Origin: a virus
Lineage: Duplodnaviria; Caudoviricetes
DNA: 61,230 bases
Reading direction: 5' to 3' (one strand)
IMG/VR virus record: IMGVR_UViG_3300042887_000389
Coordinates: 1 to 61,230 of that record
Made by a program: the position numbers and the translations under genes. Of this stretch, positions 35,122-46,351 are shown piece after piece. How positions within the stretch are numbered: position 1 is the stretch's first letter; each line of letters begins with the position of its first letter. Under the pieces are notes generated by a model that was given only the letters and a program-made list of their open reading frames with translations, searched no databases and was not told where the DNA came from.

Positions 35122-36543
35122 ATGCCAGTATTAAACACCCCTGGGTTCCAGTTGCAGCCAAGTGCTGAGCAGGTGCCTTTATCAACTAACTACATTACCA
35201 ACTTTGACTTCTTGAACCAGTATCTTCCTGATACCTACGAGAAAGAATTCGAGCGTTATGGTAACCGTACCGTGGCTTCCTTCCTAAGAATGGTTGGAGC
35301 TGAAATGCCATCCAACTCTGACATGATCAAGTGGGCTGAGCAAGGTCGTTTGCATACTAAGTATGTGAACTGCGATTCTTCTGCTGCTGCTGGAGCAGAC
35401 TCTGCAACTATCACTGTTGCTGATGCTAACGTAACTGCAATTGCTATCCGTGCTGGACAGACTGTATTTATCTCTGATAATGCTACAGGTCTTTCTAACA
35501 AGGGTATCGTTACTGCTGTTAACACATCTGCTGATACTTTCGATGTTGCTTACTACGAAGGTGCTGGACAGACTTTCTCTGGAACTGCTGTACTTTCTGT
35601 ATGGATTTATGGTTCTGAATTTAAGAAAGGAACTGTTGGTATGATTGGTTCTTTGGAAGCTGAAGACGAAATCTTCGACAACTCTCCAATCATCATCAAA
35701 GACAAGTATGCTGTATCTGGTTCTGACATGGCTCAGATTGGATGGGTAGAAGTAACTACCGAGAATGGTGCAACTGGATACCTTTGGTATTTGAAGTCTG
35801 AGCACGAGACTCGTCTACGTTTCGAAGACTACCTTGAGACTGCAATGATTGAAGCAGTTCCTGCTGAGACTGGTTCTGGTGTGGCTAACGCTTCTTTGAA
35901 CCCATTGTATGGTAACAAAGGTTCTGAGGGTATCTTCTACGTGGTTAACAACCGTGGTAACGTATGGGGTGGTGGTAACCCAACTACTCTATCTGACTTT
36001 GATAGCATCATCTCTCGTCTTGACAAGCAGGGATCTATTGAAGAGAACGTAATCTTCGTTAACAGAGCATTCAGCTTTGACATCGATGATATGTTGGCAG
36101 CTCAGAACAGCTACGGTGCTGGAGGTACTTCTTATGGTCTATTCGACAACGATGAGAAGATGGCCTTGAATCTTGGATTCACTGGCTTCCGTAGAGGTTA
36201 TGACTTCTACAAGTCTGACTGGAAGTACTTGAACGATCCTACCATGCGTGGTGGCTTGCCTACTAGTTCTACTGCAACTGGTACTGTAACTGGTCTATTG
36301 GTACCTGCTGGTTCTACCACTGTGTACGATCAGATTCTTGGTAAGAACGCTAAGAGACCATTCTTGCACGTTCGTTACAGAGCTTCTGAGACTGAAGATC
36401 GTAGATACAAGACTTGGATCACTGGTTCTGCTGGTGGTGCACAGACTAGCGATCTAGATGCAATGGAGGTTAACTTCTTGTCTGAGCGTTGTGTATGTAC
36501 CTTGGGTGCAAACAACTTCGTGTTGTTCAGATACGGAGCCTAA
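35122..36543 (+). CDS. Major capsid protein
   Basis: 473 aa after the scaffold; strongly biased codon use; WAEQGRLH and SERC motifs; terminator follows. Confidence 0.85.
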   Translation: MPVLNTPGFQLQPSAEQVPLSTNYITNFDFLNQYLPDTYEKEFERYGNRTVASFLRMVGAEMPSNSDMIKWAEQGRLHTKYVNCDSSAAAGADSATITVADANVTAIAIRAGQTVFISDNATGLSNKGIVTAVNTSADTFDVAYYEGAGQTFSGTAVLSVWIYGSEFKKGTVGMIGSLEAEDEIFDNSPIIIKDKYAVSGSDMAQIGWVEVTTENGATGYLWYLKSEHETRLRFEDYLETAMIEAVPAETGSGVANASLNPLYGNKGSEGIFYVVNNRGNVWGGGNPTTLSDFDSIISRLDKQGSIEENVIFVNRAFSFDIDDMLAAQNSYGAGGTSYGLFDNDEKMALNLGFTGFRRGYDFYKSDWKYLNDPTMRGGLPTSSTATGTVTGLLVPAGSTTVYDQILGKNAKRPFLHVRYRASETEDRRYKTWITGSAGGAQTSDLDAMEVNFLSERCVCTLGANNFVLFRYGA

Positions 36544-36554
36544 TTGTAAATAAT

Positions 36555-36580
36555 GGAGGGGCCAATTGGCTCCTCCTTTA
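36555..36580 (+). terminator. Hairpin after the capsid gene
   Basis: GGAGGGGCC-aatt-GGCTCCTCC then TTT. Confidence 0.65.
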
Positions 36581-36600
36581 ATCTTTAAATAAACAAGACA

Positions 36601-36885
36601 ATGGCAAAGAAAGTAACTGGACCTGGTCCTAAGAAAGGCACGCCTGTAAAGGGGCCTATTTATAATGCAACTAAAAGAGCTCCATTGATGGAGGTTGGTG
36701 TAGGTAAAGGACAAAAAATGTCTGTGGATACCACTAGCATGAGCAAGCCTGACCCTAAAACATTTAACTTTACTATCACTGGTCCTGATGGATCTGTTGT
36801 AAGAAAGGGTAACTTGAGTCAAGGAATTGGCAAGATGGCTGCTCAAGATTTAGTAAACAAGCTTAAACTTAAGAAGGGTAAGTAA
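36601..36885 (+). CDS. Basic hypothetical protein
   Basis: 94-aa Lys/Gly/Pro-rich ORF between two hairpins. Confidence 0.65.
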   Translation: MAKKVTGPGPKKGTPVKGPIYNATKRAPLMEVGVGKGQKMSVDTTSMSKPDPKTFNFTITGPDGSVVRKGNLSQGIGKMAAQDLVNKLKLKKGK

Positions 36886-36894
36886 TAATTAACT

Positions 36895-36923
36895 GAGGGG
36901 GTCGCTGTGGCTCCCTCTATTTT
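36895..36923 (+). terminator. Hairpin/terminator
   Basis: GAGGGGGTC-gctgt-GGCTCCCTC then TATTTT. Confidence 0.55.
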
Positions 36924-36943
36924 AAATCTTTAAATTTAATCAA

Positions 36944-37693
36944 ATGAAAAAATCAGCAACAAGTTCTGACAAAGTCTACAAACTTAAGGGAGAGTCTGCT
37001 CCTTTATCTTTTACTCTACCATCAAGAAATACTAGGAGATATCCTCTACTTTACTTTGATGAAGAGAATAATGTTAACAGACCACTAAGGTATGCCATCA
37101 ATCAGAAGTCTCCCTTTGAGGACGAGCAGGATGGCAATGCAATTGTAGAGCCAATCATCTTTGAGAATGGCTTCCTATCAGTTCCAAGAAACAACCCAGT
37201 ACTACAGCAGTTCCTTCACTACCATCCACTAAATGGCTTGGCATTCATCCAGGTTGATTATGAGAGAGATGCGGCTAAGGAAGTAGAGCAACTTACATCT
37301 GAGGTAGATGCATTGATTGAAGCACGTCAACTTAGTGTTGATCAGCTTGAGACAATTGCTAGAGTATTGTTCAGTAAGGACCCTAATAAGTTCACAACAT
37401 CTGAACTTAAGCGTGATATCTTAATCTATGCAAAGAGAGATCCAAAAGGATTCTTGAATATCCTACGTGACCCAATGCTAAAACTTCAAGCAAATATTCA
37501 CGTGTTCTTTGAGAACAAGTTATTGGCATTCAGAAACAATAACAAGGAGGTGTGGTTTAATACCCCATCAGTGAAGAAAAAAATGCTTACTGTATCCTAT
37601 GGTGATGACCCATACTTTGCCGTGGCTCAATTCCTAAAGACAGATGATGGCATTGATGCTTTGAAAATGTTAGAAAATAATTTAGATTTGTAA
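36944..37693 (+). CDS. Conserved structural-module protein
   Basis: RPLRYAINQKSPFEDEQ, LQQFLHYHP; position after the capsid gene. Confidence 0.7.
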   Translation: MKKSATSSDKVYKLKGESAPLSFTLPSRNTRRYPLLYFDEENNVNRPLRYAINQKSPFEDEQDGNAIVEPIIFENGFLSVPRNNPVLQQFLHYHPLNGLAFIQVDYERDAAKEVEQLTSEVDALIEARQLSVDQLETIARVLFSKDPNKFTTSELKRDILIYAKRDPKGFLNILRDPMLKLQANIHVFFENKLLAFRNNNKEVWFNTPSVKKKMLTVSYGDDPYFAVAQFLKTDDGIDALKMLENNLDL

Positions 37694-37721
37694 CAGAGTT
37701 TATAGTTTGATGGTTAAAAAT

Positions 37722-37750
37722 GGGGGTGTAATAACACCCTCTTTTTTTTT
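37722..37750 (+). terminator. Intrinsic terminator
   Basis: GGGGGTGT-aata-ACACCCTC plus T9. Confidence 0.8.
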
Positions 37751-37774
37751 GTTTATATTTGTAAAAAGACTAGA

Positions 37775-38518
37775 ATGATCAACTCAGTTAGAAATACCGT
37801 ATTGGCAATTCTGAACAAGAATAACTACGGATACATCTCACCTTCTGACTTCAACCTGTTTGCCAAGCAGGCACAGCTAGAAATCTATGAAGAGTACTTT
37901 TCTGGGTATAATGACTTAGTTAATAAGGAGAATGCCCGTGTCGCTGGAACAGATTACGCTGATCAGAAGAAGGCTTTAGAGGAAGCAATAGAACTATTTG
38001 CAGTTACATCAACGCTTACTCAGGTAACTGCGGCTTCGAATAGATACTACCTACCATCGGTAACTACCACTGGGTTTGATTACTTTATGATCAACAAGGT
38101 TTTGTGCTACGATGCTTCAGGTGCTACTAGGGTATTCAAAGCAGAGGCAGAGAAGGTTACTCATGGAAAGATTACCATGCTAGTGAACTCTAACTTGACT
38201 GCTCCTACTGAAAACTTCCCAGCGTATACGCAGGAGGGTAGCATACTAACGGTATACCCATCAACGATTAATCTTCCTAACGAGGTGGATGCTAATTACT
38301 TTAGATATCCTAAGGACCCTAAGTGGACATTCACTACACTAACTAATGGTGAGCCAGTGTTCAACCAATCTCCTGGTTTAGGATACCAAGACTTTGAGTT
38401 GCCTATCGAGGATGAAATAAAATTAGTTTCAAAGATTCTTCAGTACGCTGGAATGTCTATTCGTGAGATTCAGGCAGTTCAGTTCGGTGGTGCTGAGGAA
38501 CAAAAACAATCACAATAA
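37775..38518 (+). CDS. Putative tail/neck ring protein
   Basis: MINSVRNTVLAILNKNNYGYI.P..FN.FAKQAQ, Y.RYPKDPKW; position. Confidence 0.65.
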   Translation: MINSVRNTVLAILNKNNYGYISPSDFNLFAKQAQLEIYEEYFSGYNDLVNKENARVAGTDYADQKKALEEAIELFAVTSTLTQVTAASNRYYLPSVTTTGFDYFMINKVLCYDASGATRVFKAEAEKVTHGKITMLVNSNLTAPTENFPAYTQEGSILTVYPSTINLPNEVDANYFRYPKDPKWTFTTLTNGEPVFNQSPGLGYQDFELPIEDEIKLVSKILQYAGMSIREIQAVQFGGAEEQKQSQ

Positions 38519-38520
38519 TC

Positions 38521-39444
38521 ATGGCATACATCACTCAAGAGAAATACTACGAAAATAATGGGGTTGCTCCTATAGATGCAAACTGGGGATCATATCAGTA
38601 TGTTAGTCTACAGGACATTGTCAACAATTTCTTGTTGATGTATTCAGGCAATCACTCATTAGTAAATAATGAAGAGCGATATAAAATTTTGTTTCATGCC
38701 AAGAGAGCAATACAAGAACTAAACTATGATGCGTTTAAGCAAATAAAAGTTCTTGAGCTTACTGTGGACGATACGCTTAAGTACATTCTACCGTCAGACT
38801 ATGTGAACTGGGTTAGGGTAAACCTATACAAGGATGGATACCTAAGACCATTGACTGAGAACATTCAGGTGCTTTCTGCTAAGGCGTACTTGCAGGACAA
38901 CACCGGTAAGATACTATTTGATAATCAGGGCAATGCATTGTCTCCTGAGTTTTCTGAGATTGACTTGCAGAGATTAGAGGGTGTTAAGAAGAGTATTTAC
39001 TTGAACCCTCAGAGTGCTTATGATGGTCAGGAGGGTTGGAACCTAGATGGCAACTGGTATTTTGAATATGGCATTGGTGCTAGATATGGTCTTAATAATG
39101 AGACTGCTAACTTCAACCCTACATTTAATATTGATGCTAAGAGTGGTGTAATTAACTTTAACTCAGGCATGTATGGCCAGTCAGTGATATTGGAGTACAT
39201 ATCAGATGGCATGGAGAATGGTGATGATTTAAGTATTAGCGTAAATAAATTGTTTGAAAAGTTTATTTATTCGTACATTACGTATGAGATTCTAAATGCT
39301 AAACTTGGAGTTCAGGAATATATTGTGAACCGTGCAAGAAAAGAGAAGACTGCTCTTTTGAGAAACTCTAAAATCAGATTAAGCAACATTCATCCAGGTA
39401 GACTATTGATGAACCTACGTGGTATGGACAAGTGGTTGAAATAA
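38521..39444 (+). CDS. Putative tail/neck ring protein
   Basis: AKRAIQELNYD, LPSDYVNWVR, VILEYISDG; position. Confidence 0.65.
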   Translation: MAYITQEKYYENNGVAPIDANWGSYQYVSLQDIVNNFLLMYSGNHSLVNNEERYKILFHAKRAIQELNYDAFKQIKVLELTVDDTLKYILPSDYVNWVRVNLYKDGYLRPLTENIQVLSAKAYLQDNTGKILFDNQGNALSPEFSEIDLQRLEGVKKSIYLNPQSAYDGQEGWNLDGNWYFEYGIGARYGLNNETANFNPTFNIDAKSGVINFNSGMYGQSVILEYISDGMENGDDLSISVNKLFEKFIYSYITYEILNAKLGVQEYIVNRARKEKTALLRNSKIRLSNIHPGRLLMNLRGMDKWLK

Positions 39445-39445
39445 T

Positions 39446-42400
39446 ATGGCGAATATCACAAGGAACTTCATAGCTGGTAGAATGAATAAAGTCGTTGATG
39501 AACGACTTATTCCTGATGGAGAGTATATTGATGCTCTTAATGTTCGCATGGGTTCTACTGAGAACTCAGAGATTGGTGTTATTGAGAACACTAAAGGGAA
39601 CACCAAACTAACCACGCTAAAGTACATTAATGGAACAGCACTTAGCGCATCTGCTAGATGTATAGGTACTATAACTGACAATACAAACGAAACTATCTAT
39701 TGGTTTATTCATGACTCAAACTTTCCTGTAGGTGCTACAGGCAAGCTTGACATGATTGTGTCGTTCAATGTGTACAACAACATATTGACATACCACTTGA
39801 TTAGCATCAACGATGGTGGAGGAGTTAATACCACGCTAAACTTTAACCCCGGATATCTTATTACAGGGGTAAATATTATTGACAACTTATTATTTTTTAC
39901 AGACGATTACAATCCACCTAGGGTAATTAACTTAGATAAGAACTATCCTGATCCTGTGGGAAACATAGACCAGTTTAGTGCTGAGTCTATTCTTGTTATT
40001 AAGAAGCCGCCAGTAGAGTCTCCTAGTGTAGAACTTATAAATACTGGGGATCAGGAGAACTTCTTGGAGAGCAGGTTCATTTGCTTTGCTTACCGATATC
40101 AGTATGAGGATGGCGAGTATTCGGCTACATCTCAGTGGTCTGACCCTGCGTTTCAACCTAAGCCATTTAGTTTTAGCATTAACAGCTATCTAAATGATGG
40201 TATGCAGAACCAGTACAACACTGCAATCGTAACTTACAATACTGGTGGTCCGCTTGTTAAAGGCATTGACTTGCTATTTAAGGAGACCACAAGCAATGTA
40301 ATTAAGGTCATTGAAAAGATAAATAAAGCTGTTGCTGGCTTATCTGACAATGTTGATGAAGAATTTACGTTTACAAACAGCAAGATATTTACAATACTCC
40401 CTGAGAGCGAGCTGTCTAGACTATTCGACAATGTTCCACTTCTAGCTAAGGCTCAAACTATTATGGGCAATAGACTGATGTATGGAAACTACGTTGAGGG
40501 GTATGACATGATAGATGATGATGGTAACCCAGTTGAGTTGGGGTACTCTACTACATTGCTATCTGAAGAGATAAATAACATTGAGATTAATGATTCATTT
40601 GATTTTGGATTATATAATTTTGGTGCTATTCCTCCTGTATTTTTTGAGACGATTCCTGACTCTGTGGTATATTTGGAACTTGATGGTCTTGAACTTGTTG
40701 AAGGTGCCTCTATTACAGTGGATATGACTTTTGATCATTATTCTTTTACTGGATTTGTACCATCATTCCCTACGGAAACCAATGACAATATATCCCTTAC
40801 ATTCTCATTTATTTTACCTAAGTCTTACAGCTCAGTATATGAGATGGCTTTTAGTCTAGAGTTTAAAGATGCTATCGGTTATCTAGGAATCACTAGTAAT
40901 ATTGAGCCTGTTGTTGATGCATGTGATGGTACTACTTTTACTGATCAGTTCAATTGTGCGCTTTCAACTAATCTAGGCGTATTAACTAAAACTGACAGTG
41001 GTATTAATGTTCCTGGTCAAGGTATTGGTATAATTACAACACCTGATAGTACACAGATTGGATTGCAATTGCTTACCATGAGGTATGTTGATAACACAGT
41101 TTCACCTAGTCCAAGCGTATGGGAGTATTACTCATACAGCTTTGTTGAGGCATTTTATCAAAAGATAAATACACCTAGAAGTTTACATAGCAATAGAGGA
41201 TATGAGATTGGCATTGTTTACATGGATGATTTTAACAGATCAACCACTGCATTAGTAAGTCCAAACAATACGGTTCACGTACCATGTTCTGCATCTGATA
41301 ATAAAAACTCTATTCAGGTAACTATCCCTACTGCACAGAAGCCACCATACTGGGCTACAAGATACAAGTTTGTTATCAAGCCAGACGAGGACACGTACGA
41401 TACTATTTATAGCAGCATATTCTTCAATGATCCATCAACTAATAATACTTACTTCTTACTTGAAGGCGAGAATGCTAGGAAGGTTCAAGCTGGAGATAGG
41501 CTTATAGTAAAAGCAGATACGAATGGTGCTACTAACAGATGTGTATACGCTACTGTGCTTGAAAAAGAATCTCAAGTAGCAGGATTTGTTGAGATACCAA
41601 GCCCTACTGATCCAACTGTGGATATAGCTGTTCCGGCTGGCGTATACATAAAGATTAATCCAAATAACTTTTCTACTGTAACTGATTACAATTCTATTGT
41701 ATCAGCTGGAACAATTGAGGTAGATCAAAATATACAGGGAGGATACCCTAAGTTAGCCTACCCAATGAACATAAAAAAGGAGGCTGGGTATGATCCTTCT
41801 AACCCTACATGGGAGTATGAGGATTATACTGTTCCTGCTGGTAGTAGAATACAGATAAACCTTAAGTTCCAAAGACTTGGTGTTGGCAAAGGTAATGGGT
41901 CTTGTGAAACTAGGATATATACCCTAGAGAAAACCATGATTGCATCCGCAAACTATGACAACATGTTGGAATGGTTTAATGGAGACAATGTTCAGATTAT
42001 TCTTGATCAAGGTATTCAAGATGTAGGTGGAACTGGATGTGAGATTGAGAATGAGTATCTTGGAACTGAATTAGGGGTTTATAATTATACTACAGGACCA
42101 GCAACAAGTGCTATTGCAACTCCTTTAACATGTACTAATAAGTATCGATTCGCTAGAAACACAGTGACTAATGAGTTGACACTAGTTATGTCTGGAACAG
42201 TTAGATGTAATGGTGAGTTCTATAGAGAAGGAAGGAGATCTAGTATAATTGCTACTATTGATGTATTTAGAGCTGATAATATAATCATATTTGAGACTGA
42301 GCCAATAGATGCATCTCCAGATATTTTCTTTGAGAATGAGTTATCTCTACCTATTGTAAATGGGTTTCATACTGGGAACATACAGAATCAAACATCTTCT

Positions 42401-43912
42401 GTACCAGCTATAATTGATACCAAATTCTTTAACTGCTTTACATTTGGTAACGGAGCGGAGAGTTATAAGATTCTTGACTCAATCATTGGTAGGACACTAT
42501 CTCTTGGTAATAGAGTTACAGCAGTCGCTGCTCAAGACTACCAGAGAGTTAGAAGGTTTGCTGATATCACCTATAGCGGTGTCTATAACTTTGAGTCCAA
42601 TGTTAATAAGTTAAATGAGTTTAACCTTGGTCTACTTAACTATAAGTACCTTGAGGTGGCATTTGGCCCTATCTACATTCTAGATAGTAGTGAGACTAAT
42701 GTGCTTGTACTACAGGAGGATAAGATATCTTATGTGCTTGCTAGTAAGAACTTGATTTCAGATTCTTCTGGTGGGGGTACAATCGCTTCAATACCACAGA
42801 TACTTGGTACTCAGATTGCTAGAACAGAAGAGTATGGAATTAGCTTCCACCCAGAGAGTTATGTGCAGTGGGGACCTGACAAGTTCTTTACAGATGTAAA
42901 GCGTGGTGCTGTGCTTAATTTAAAGGGAGACCAACTTATTGTGATATCAGATTTTGGAATGAGGACTTGGTTTAGAGATGAGTTTATTGAATCATTTAAT
43001 ACTCAGAAACTAGGTGGCTATGATCCGTATCTAAATGAATACGTTTTGACTACGAACTCTGAGGAGTTACCTATACCAATTGATTGCATAGCTTGCGGAG
43101 TATCTCAGACATTTACTATACCAACTGGAAACACGTTTTCTTACTGCGTTGACCTTGGTCAACCTGTTGGTGTAACAAATATCAACTATAGTGTCCCTGC
43201 TGGATCTGCATCTAACTTTACCATATCTGTAACTTACGATGGTAATGTTGTAACATCTGGACTTGTATCTACATCTGGAAGTTTACAATTTGAAAAGGAT
43301 AAGAACAATGTGAATGTAGCGACTGTAACTATTGTTGCTAGTGGTCCACTTGAGATTACTGTAGTTCCTAACTGCCCTATTCAGGAGACTTTAACTATTG
43401 TAAAAGTTACATTGACTAGCGTGGTGGATGCAGGCAAGTTTATACATAATGAGTACAGATATACTGATGGAACTTATGTATCACCATTGCAATCTACTTT
43501 TGTTACCTTTGCTGTAGATGATTCAAGTCCTGTGGTTTCGCAGTATGAAATAATATCTGGTCCTCAAGGGTTTGGAGGGATACCAACAAATGGTTCAAAC
43601 TTACAGATTATATCGAATAAGATTGTTCCAGATACATTTGATTTTGTTTTAGGTCAAGATAAGTTTAGATATTTGCGTAGCAATACCTTATATCCAAATA
43701 CTTCTGTTGGCATTTCAGGATTACTAGCAGCATCTACGGTTGTTAGTCCGATAACAGGAAGTGCAGGATTTTATTCAGGAACTTTCAGTGTGCCTATCAG
43801 TGGAAATTATCTTTATCTAATTTGGGATTATAGAAATTCATTGTCTGTAAATCTTTGCTACTCTAATACAACTACTCAAGACGCATGCTGCGGCTGCGAA
43901 GAACCAACTTAA
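39446..43912 (+). CDS. Large tail stabilisation/nozzle-like protein
   Basis: RMNKVVDERLIPDGEYIDALN.R N-terminus typical of podoviral tail proteins of Bacteroidota phages; 1488 aa. Confidence 0.7.
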   Translation: MANITRNFIAGRMNKVVDERLIPDGEYIDALNVRMGSTENSEIGVIENTKGNTKLTTLKYINGTALSASARCIGTITDNTNETIYWFIHDSNFPVGATGKLDMIVSFNVYNNILTYHLISINDGGGVNTTLNFNPGYLITGVNIIDNLLFFTDDYNPPRVINLDKNYPDPVGNIDQFSAESILVIKKPPVESPSVELINTGDQENFLESRFICFAYRYQYEDGEYSATSQWSDPAFQPKPFSFSINSYLNDGMQNQYNTAIVTYNTGGPLVKGIDLLFKETTSNVIKVIEKINKAVAGLSDNVDEEFTFTNSKIFTILPESELSRLFDNVPLLAKAQTIMGNRLMYGNYVEGYDMIDDDGNPVELGYSTTLLSEEINNIEINDSFDFGLYNFGAIPPVFFETIPDSVVYLELDGLELVEGASITVDMTFDHYSFTGFVPSFPTETNDNISLTFSFILPKSYSSVYEMAFSLEFKDAIGYLGITSNIEPVVDACDGTTFTDQFNCALSTNLGVLTKTDSGINVPGQGIGIITTPDSTQIGLQLLTMRYVDNTVSPSPSVWEYYSYSFVEAFYQKINTPRSLHSNRGYEIGIVYMDDFNRSTTALVSPNNTVHVPCSASDNKNSIQVTIPTAQKPPYWATRYKFVIKPDEDTYDTIYSSIFFNDPSTNNTYFLLEGENARKVQAGDRLIVKADTNGATNRCVYATVLEKESQVAGFVEIPSPTDPTVDIAVPAGVYIKINPNNFSTVTDYNSIVSAGTIEVDQNIQGGYPKLAYPMNIKKEAGYDPSNPTWEYEDYTVPAGSRIQINLKFQRLGVGKGNGSCETRIYTLEKTMIASANYDNMLEWFNGDNVQIILDQGIQDVGGTGCEIENEYLGTELGVYNYTTGPATSAIATPLTCTNKYRFARNTVTNELTLVMSGTVRCNGEFYREGRRSSIIATIDVFRADNIIIFETEPIDASPDIFFENELSLPIVNGFHTGNIQNQTSSVPAIIDTKFFNCFTFGNGAESYKILDSIIGRTLSLGNRVTAVAAQDYQRVRRFADITYSGVYNFESNVNKLNEFNLGLLNYKYLEVAFGPIYILDSSETNVLVLQEDKISYVLASKNLISDSSGGGTIASIPQILGTQIARTEEYGISFHPESYVQWGPDKFFTDVKRGAVLNLKGDQLIVISDFGMRTWFRDEFIESFNTQKLGGYDPYLNEYVLTTNSEELPIPIDCIACGVSQTFTIPTGNTFSYCVDLGQPVGVTNINYSVPAGSASNFTISVTYDGNVVTSGLVSTSGSLQFEKDKNNVNVATVTIVASGPLEITVVPNCPIQETLTIVKVTLTSVVDAGKFIHNEYRYTDGTYVSPLQSTFVTFAVDDSSPVVSQYEIISGPQGFGGIPTNGSNLQIISNKIVPDTFDFVLGQDKFRYLRSNTLYPNTSVGISGLLAASTVVSPITGSAGFYSGTFSVPISGNYLYLIWDYRNSLSVNLCYSNTTTQDACCGCEEPT

Positions 43913-43913
43913 T

Positions 43914-45125
43914 ATGGCAACATCAGGAACATATTATTTAGATGCCCCATCACTTAGCAGTGCTACCGTGGTATATTCAAATGCTGCTCTAACTACAGTT
44001 GCTGCAAATGGATTTTATTCTGATGGTGCTATTGTTAGGGAGCAAGTATCAGGAGTGTTATTGCCTCAGCAAAATTGTCTTGCTTGTTCAATTCCATGTG
44101 GAGGTACTACAATAACTGCTAATGGTGGACAGGGTATATACTACTTGAATACTGAATTAGGTACAAATACTGGAGCGGTAGTAATTGAGTTTGATGCGCT
44201 ATCTGTTCCAAAGGGAATAGTAGCAGTATACAATAGCACTATTTATAATGGGGTATCTTCTCCTAACTACGGATGGTTACAAGGTACAGCAGGAATAGCC
44301 ACATACATTGGAGCTACAGGTTCTGATTGTGGGATAGTCGCAAACTCACCATTTACTTTAAATGAATTCCAGTATGATGGATCTATTTTTGTTTCTCTTG
44401 GTACTACAGAGGTTGTTACCATAACTTCAGGTCAGACAGAATTAACTGCATCTGCACCTGGAAGTACAATAATGGTTATACCAAAGACTGCTGCAAGCCC
44501 ATCAATATTAAACTTAAGTTTTATTGGACCATGCGTAAGTACTTCGTTCAGTGTATCAGTATCATGTCCAGCGGCATTGCCATCATTCGCTTCTAGCACA
44601 GTAAATGCAGGAAGTGCTACAGCATGTTCTGACACTATTGATCAAACTTATTATGTGGCTTATGTCAATGGAGGTGCTGGTGTACTTGGGTTATATGACT
44701 TAGTATTTAGTGATGCTAATGGTCAATCTAAGCTTAGTGCAGGATACTATAAGACCACTGCTGCTGGCGCAAACAATTGGTTTCAAGTAGATGCCAATGG
44801 TGTAATTATTGCATTTGGTAATTGTTCATCTAATACATTCACAGTATATTTTGATGTGACTACAAATCCAAATACTTACGGATGGGGTAGTTCATCTGCT
44901 GCTTGTGCAGGAACTGGTACACCTTTGACAGTGTACATCACTGGAACAGAACCATCACTATACGATGTGTTTCTTGCAGGTAAGGTTCTATACACAAACG
45001 TAGGGCTTACTACACCATTGAATGGTAACAATACACACTATAAGACTGTATCAGCTCCTGCTTCAGGAGAGACATTATTAATCGATGGAGTTGGGGTAAT
45101 TTCAACTTGGGGAGGACCTTGTTAA
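43914..45125 (+). CDS. Cys/Thr-rich virion appendage protein
   Basis: Beta-rich, internal repeats (VY.N..LTT), in the tail operon. Confidence 0.6.
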   Translation: MATSGTYYLDAPSLSSATVVYSNAALTTVAANGFYSDGAIVREQVSGVLLPQQNCLACSIPCGGTTITANGGQGIYYLNTELGTNTGAVVIEFDALSVPKGIVAVYNSTIYNGVSSPNYGWLQGTAGIATYIGATGSDCGIVANSPFTLNEFQYDGSIFVSLGTTEVVTITSGQTELTASAPGSTIMVIPKTAASPSILNLSFIGPCVSTSFSVSVSCPAALPSFASSTVNAGSATACSDTIDQTYYVAYVNGGAGVLGLYDLVFSDANGQSKLSAGYYKTTAAGANNWFQVDANGVIIAFGNCSSNTFTVYFDVTTNPNTYGWGSSSAACAGTGTPLTVYITGTEPSLYDVFLAGKVLYTNVGLTTPLNGNNTHYKTVSAPASGETLLIDGVGVISTWGGPC

Positions 45126-45128
45126 ACT

Positions 45129-45935
45129 ATGGCAAATTATACACTATCATATAGCGAATCATCACAGGGGTGGCCTTCATTCTACTCCTTCATTCCGGAC
45201 TACATGGTCGGGATGAACAACTACTTCTATACTTTCAAGGGAGGGAACTTGTATCGTCACAATGTGAATGAGACTAGAAATAATTTCTATGGTACTCAGT
45301 ACACTTCTAGAATACAGAGTGTGTTTAACACATCTCCTCTTGAGAATAAGATATTCAAGACCATAAATCTTGAGGGTAATCATAGTTGGGCAACACTAGC
45401 TGAGACCGATATACAGACCTCTGGCTTCATCGAATCAGCATGGTATGAGAAGAAGGAGGCATCATGGTTTGCGTTCGTTAGAAACGCTGGAACAGTGCCA
45501 GCGCAGCCATCAGAGTATGCGCTTAGATCAGTGAATGGTATTGGGCTAAGTCAGAATGTGACTGGTGCTGCATCAGCATTGAACGTATCGTTTCCTATAT
45601 CACCTGACCTAACTGAGATTGGTAGCATTGTTAGTGTTGGCGATTACTTGTATTATAGCCTACCTCCTAATTACAGTACTCCTGTGTTATGTGGGCAGAT
45701 TACAAGTATTGTAGTTGACTATCCAGCAGGAAATAATAGGATTGTAGTGAATGCATCAATAGCAGGTGGTAGTGTACCAGGTATAACTAACCCATTCTTT
45801 ATGTATATTAAGGGGTCCGTAGCGGAGTCTCATGGTGTGCTAGGACACTATTGCGTATTCACATTAGAGAACAATAGAGTGGATAAGGTGGAGCTATTTG
45901 CAGTTGAGTCTGAAGTAATGAAAAGTTATCCTTAA
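45129..45935 (+). CDS. Tail protein
   Basis: TLSYSE...GWPSFYSFIPD, KIFKTINLEG, ELFAVESEV. Confidence 0.65.
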   Translation: MANYTLSYSESSQGWPSFYSFIPDYMVGMNNYFYTFKGGNLYRHNVNETRNNFYGTQYTSRIQSVFNTSPLENKIFKTINLEGNHSWATLAETDIQTSGFIESAWYEKKEASWFAFVRNAGTVPAQPSEYALRSVNGIGLSQNVTGAASALNVSFPISPDLTEIGSIVSVGDYLYYSLPPNYSTPVLCGQITSIVVDYPAGNNRIVVNASIAGGSVPGITNPFFMYIKGSVAESHGVLGHYCVFTLENNRVDKVELFAVESEVMKSYP

Positions 45936-45939
45936 ATTT

Positions 45940-46350
45940 ATGGGAATATTATTAAGGCAACTAAATGCAAATGACTACGATGACATCCTAGTGGGATGGT
46001 GGAAGGATTGGGGATTGGACGCACCTAGTAGAGACTTCTTGCCTGATGATGGTACTAGTGGATTGATTGTGTTTGATGGTGATGAACCAGTATGTGCTGG
46101 GTTTATGTATACCATGAATGCAAAGGTTGCTTGGGTTGAGTGGATAGTATCTAGCAAGACCTATAGAAAGAAGCCAGCCAGAAAGGAGTGTATAGATTTA
46201 TTGATTTACACCCTTACTCAGGTTTGCAAAAGTAAAGGAGCTAAGTATGTGTTCTCAAACAATAACAATAAGCATTTGATTGATAGCTTCATTAATAGTG
46301 GGTATGTCAAGGGATGTACAAATTCAACAGAGTTAATAAAAATATTATAA
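45940..46350 (+). CDS. GNAT-fold acetyltransferase-like protein preceding the internal virion genes
   Basis: PVCAGFMY, AWVEWIVS, GAKYVF, GYVKG. Confidence 0.6.
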   Translation: MGILLRQLNANDYDDILVGWWKDWGLDAPSRDFLPDDGTSGLIVFDGDEPVCAGFMYTMNAKVAWVEWIVSSKTYRKKPARKECIDLLIYTLTQVCKSKGAKYVFSNNNNKHLIDSFINSGYVKGCTNSTELIKIL

Positions 46351-46351
46351 C